Origin: Planctomycetota bacterium
GTDB taxonomy: Bacteria; Planctomycetota; UBA11346
Assembly (NCBI GenBank): GCA_038231435.1
Contig: JBBRLJ010000019.1
Span: forward strand, 1-64,000
DNA length: 64,000 nucleotides
Direction of reading: 5' to 3'
Made by a program: the position numbers and the translations under genes. Below are positions 61,595 through 64,000 of the stretch, one piece after another; position 1 is the stretch's first letter; each line of letters opens with the position of its first letter. The notes below the pieces were generated by a model. It saw only the letters and a list, made by a program, of their open reading frames with translations, searched no databases and had not been told where the DNA came from.

Positions 61595-63999
61595 CAGGCT
61601 CCCCCGCCGATGCCGTCGAGCGCACGTGGCGCGTCGGTGTGGCTGAGGTACTGGGTGGTGATGGCCTCTGAGAGCAACGCCAGGTCCGACGATAGGTGCT
61701 CGAGCAGGTGCTCGAGCGCCGGCCGGCCGCCCCGCTCGTCGCTGCGGCAGAGTTCGAGCGGATCCACCAGGCGCAGCCAGGTGCGCGCTCCCAGTCCGAG
61801 GCGCTCGGCCGGCGTCGCCAGGGCCTGCTCGCGATCACGGGGCAGCGCCGCGAGATGGGCGACCACGGTCTCGAGCTGGAACAGGGCCGAGCGGGGGTTG
61901 GTGTCGTCGGTGAGCAGCAGGTCGAGCACCGCGTGCGGCTGTAGCGAGGCAAGGTAGCGCGATCGGTAGGTGATGGTGCTGTCGGCCATCTCGAGCGCCG
62001 CCACAAGCGCGGATTCTCCGCCGCCGTCCTCGCCAGCCAGCGCCGCTGCGAGCATGTCGGTGGTAAGCAGGGCGCGTTCGAGACGGCGGCCGGTATCCAG
62101 GAACCTCCAGCCATCGCCGCGCGTAGTGTTCTCGGTGACCATGCCAGCCAGGGCCGCCAGGGCCGTCACGACTGCGTCGAGCACGCGCGGATCCGGGACG
62201 CCGGTCATCGACTCGGACAGGCGTTCGGGCTCGCGCTCGAGTTGGGCGACGATGCGCGCCGTGTCGTTCGACAGGCGGTCGCGCACTGCGAGCGACGCCG
62301 TGCGCAGGCGCGACAGGCAGCCGCGCATGCCCGCGCCCTCGGCCGACGCGCCGACCACCAGCGACGCGAGTTCGGCGTCGGACGCAGATGGGACGTCGGC
62401 GATGCCGACGCAGCTGCTCATCGCCCGCATCACCACGAGTTCGCGCGCGGTGACTGCCATCGCCGCGTCCTCGCGCAGGCGCACGGCGATGGCGCGCGCC
62501 AGTCGCGCCGCGAACTCGCCGCGCTCGGCGTAGCGGCCGATCCAGTAGAGGTTGTCGGCGATGCGGCTGGGCAGCGCCATCGAGCCGCGCCTGAGCTCGA
62601 CCGGCGTGTTGCGCGACGGCAGCAGGGTGACCTCGGCCACCGGCCCGACGTCGAGGATCCACAGGTCCTTTTCGGCGGCAGGCGCCTGCGCATCCGCCGC
62701 GAGTAAGCAGCGGCCGCCCGACATCACCGCATAGCCCTCGCCATCGGCGACGGCGAAGGCGCGCAGCGTGAACGCGCGCGCGCGCATCGTGCCGTGCTCC
62801 CACGCCGGAACGGTCGCGCCCTCGATCGTCTCCTGCGCCACCCACGCCTCGGGCCGCGCCTGGACCTGCGCCATGCGTTCAGCGCGCGCACGCGCCGTCA
62901 ACTCGCGGGGCACGAAGCGGCCGGCGCGCAAGCCCGCGAACGCGGGCGCGATCGACAGAGAATCGAGCCGTGAGGTGATCTCGGCGAGACTGTCACCCGC
63001 CCACCACGACGGCACCGATGGCAGCACGAGCTCCTCGCCGAGGAGCAGCCGGCATAGCCGCGGCAGCGCGGGAATCAGAGCGCCGTTGTCGCCGCAACCG
63101 CTGCCGAGCGCGTTCGCGATGGTCACCCGGCCAGCGCGCGCGGCCTGCACCAGGCCTGGGATTCCGAGCGAGGAGTCATTGCGCAGCTCCAGCGGATCGC
63201 AGAAGTCGTCGTCCTGGCGGCGCACGATCACCTCGACCGCGTGCAGTCCGGCGAGGGTCTTGAGGAAGACCCCCTCGTCGCGCACCACCAGGTCGGCGCC
63301 CTCGACCAGCGGAAAGCCCAGGTAGCGCGCCAGGTAGGAATGCTCGGCATGCGAGCGGCTGTACGGGCCGGGCGTGAGCAGCACGATGCGCGGATTGTCA
63401 TTGCCGCGAGGAGCCGATCCCGCCAGCGAACGCCTGGTGGTTGCGTAGAACGACGCCAGGCGCCGCACCTGCAGATCACGGTAGGCCTCGGGTAGCAGCC
63501 GCGATTGTGCGAGGCGGTTCTCGAGCGCATAGCCGTCTCCAGACGGCACCTGGGCGCGATCCGCGGAAACCATCCAACGGCCATCGGCGGCGCGCACCAG
63601 ATCCGCGGCGTAGCCGTGGAGCCAGCGGCCGCCGGCTGGTGCGTGTCCGTGGCACGGCCGCAGGAAAGCCGGATGTCCGAGCAGCGCCACCGGAGGCACG
63701 ATCCGTTCGCGCAGCATGCGCTGCGCGCCGTACGCGTCGGCGAGCAGAGCGTTCATCAGGCGGGCGCGCTGGGCGAGTCCCAAGGCGAGCGCATCCCACT
63801 CGGCGGCGGGCAGCACACATGGGATCGGATCGAGGTCGGCGCGCGATGGCGCGCCGCCAACAGCGCTGCGCGACGCGTAATCGTCGCGCAGGTCGCGGCG
63901 GGCCTGCTCGTGGCGGCGGGAGAATTCCACGCTTCCCAGCGCGGCCACCTTCGTGGCCAGGCCTTTCCAATGCGGACGTAGCGCCCCGGCCTCGTCACG
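61594..63999 (-). CDS. Circularly permuted type 2 ATP-grasp protein fused to alpha-E (DUF403) domain, 5'-truncated by the window
   Basis: QRARLMNALLAD.YG, PSGDGYALENR, LLTPGP, LARYLG, DPLELR..S.LG, IANALGSG; alpha-E motifs NLYWIGRYAER, GRRLER, NPRS. The frame stays open to the window edge (RDEAGALRPHW). Confidence 0.9.
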   Translation of the reverse strand, partial: RDEAGALRPHWKGLATKVAALGSVEFSRRHEQARRDLRDDYASRSAVGGAPSRADLDPIPCVLPAAEWDALALGLAQRARLMNALLADAYGAQRMLRERIVPPVALLGHPAFLRPCHGHAPAGGRWLHGYAADLVRAADGRWMVSADRAQVPSGDGYALENRLAQSRLLPEAYRDLQVRRLASFYATTRRSLAGSAPRGNDNPRIVLLTPGPYSRSHAEHSYLARYLGFPLVEGADLVVRDEGVFLKTLAGLHAVEVIVRRQDDDFCDPLELRNDSSLGIPGLVQAARAGRVTIANALGSGCGDNGALIPALPRLCRLLLGEELVLPSVPSWWAGDSLAEITSRLDSLSIAPAFAGLRAGRFVPRELTARARAERMAQVQARPEAWVAQETIEGATVPAWEHGTMRARAFTLRAFAVADGEGYAVMSGGRCLLAADAQAPAAEKDLWILDVGPVAEVTLLPSRNTPVELRRGSMALPSRIADNLYWIGRYAERGEFAARLARAIAVRLREDAAMAVTARELVVMRAMSSCVGIADVPSASDAELASLVVGASAEGAGMRGCLSRLRTASLAVRDRLSNDTARIVAQLEREPERLSESMTGVPDPRVLDAVVTALAALAGMVTENTTRGDGWRFLDTGRRLERALLTTDMLAAALAGEDGGGESALVAALEMADSTITYRSRYLASLQPHAVLDLLLTDDTNPRSALFQLETVVAHLAALPRDREQALATPAERLGLGARTWLRLVDPLELCRSDERGGRPALEHLLEHLSSDLALLSEAITTQYLSHTDAPRALDGIGGGA

Positions 64000-64000
64000 G

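Overview
High-GC bacterial window, probably a Planctomycetota/PVC-type organism; this is inferred from the many N-methylation pseudopilins, an H-X9-DG-type pilin, Hanks kinases and LacI/GntR regulators. Most of 0.3-48 kb is a glycan-foraging neighbourhood. It holds a divergent set of six T2SS/T4P-like (pseudo)pilins, a CBM protein and sugar ABC transporter, and two paralogous non-RD receptor-like Ser/Thr kinases. It also holds GntR-LacI, AraC and LacI regulators and GH38, GH35, GH29, GH30-like and GH39-like hydrolases. An ExbB/TolQ-ExbD/TolR motor is followed by a TolA/TonB-like protein that ends in a CBM9-like domain. A 22-bp palindrome (TRTRYATCA-N4-TGAT...) recurs upstream of the pilin, ABC, kinase, GntR and motor operons, suggesting one regulon. 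The right part holds msrA, an Lhr helicase, a bufferin-type MNIO (DUF692) RiPP cluster, a broken kinase-LRR gene, a PAS-only protein and a transglutaminase plus ATP-grasp/alpha-E pair cut by the window edge. No rRNA, tRNA, CRISPR array or transposase was recognised. All calls come from motif recognition by eye; no database searches were run.
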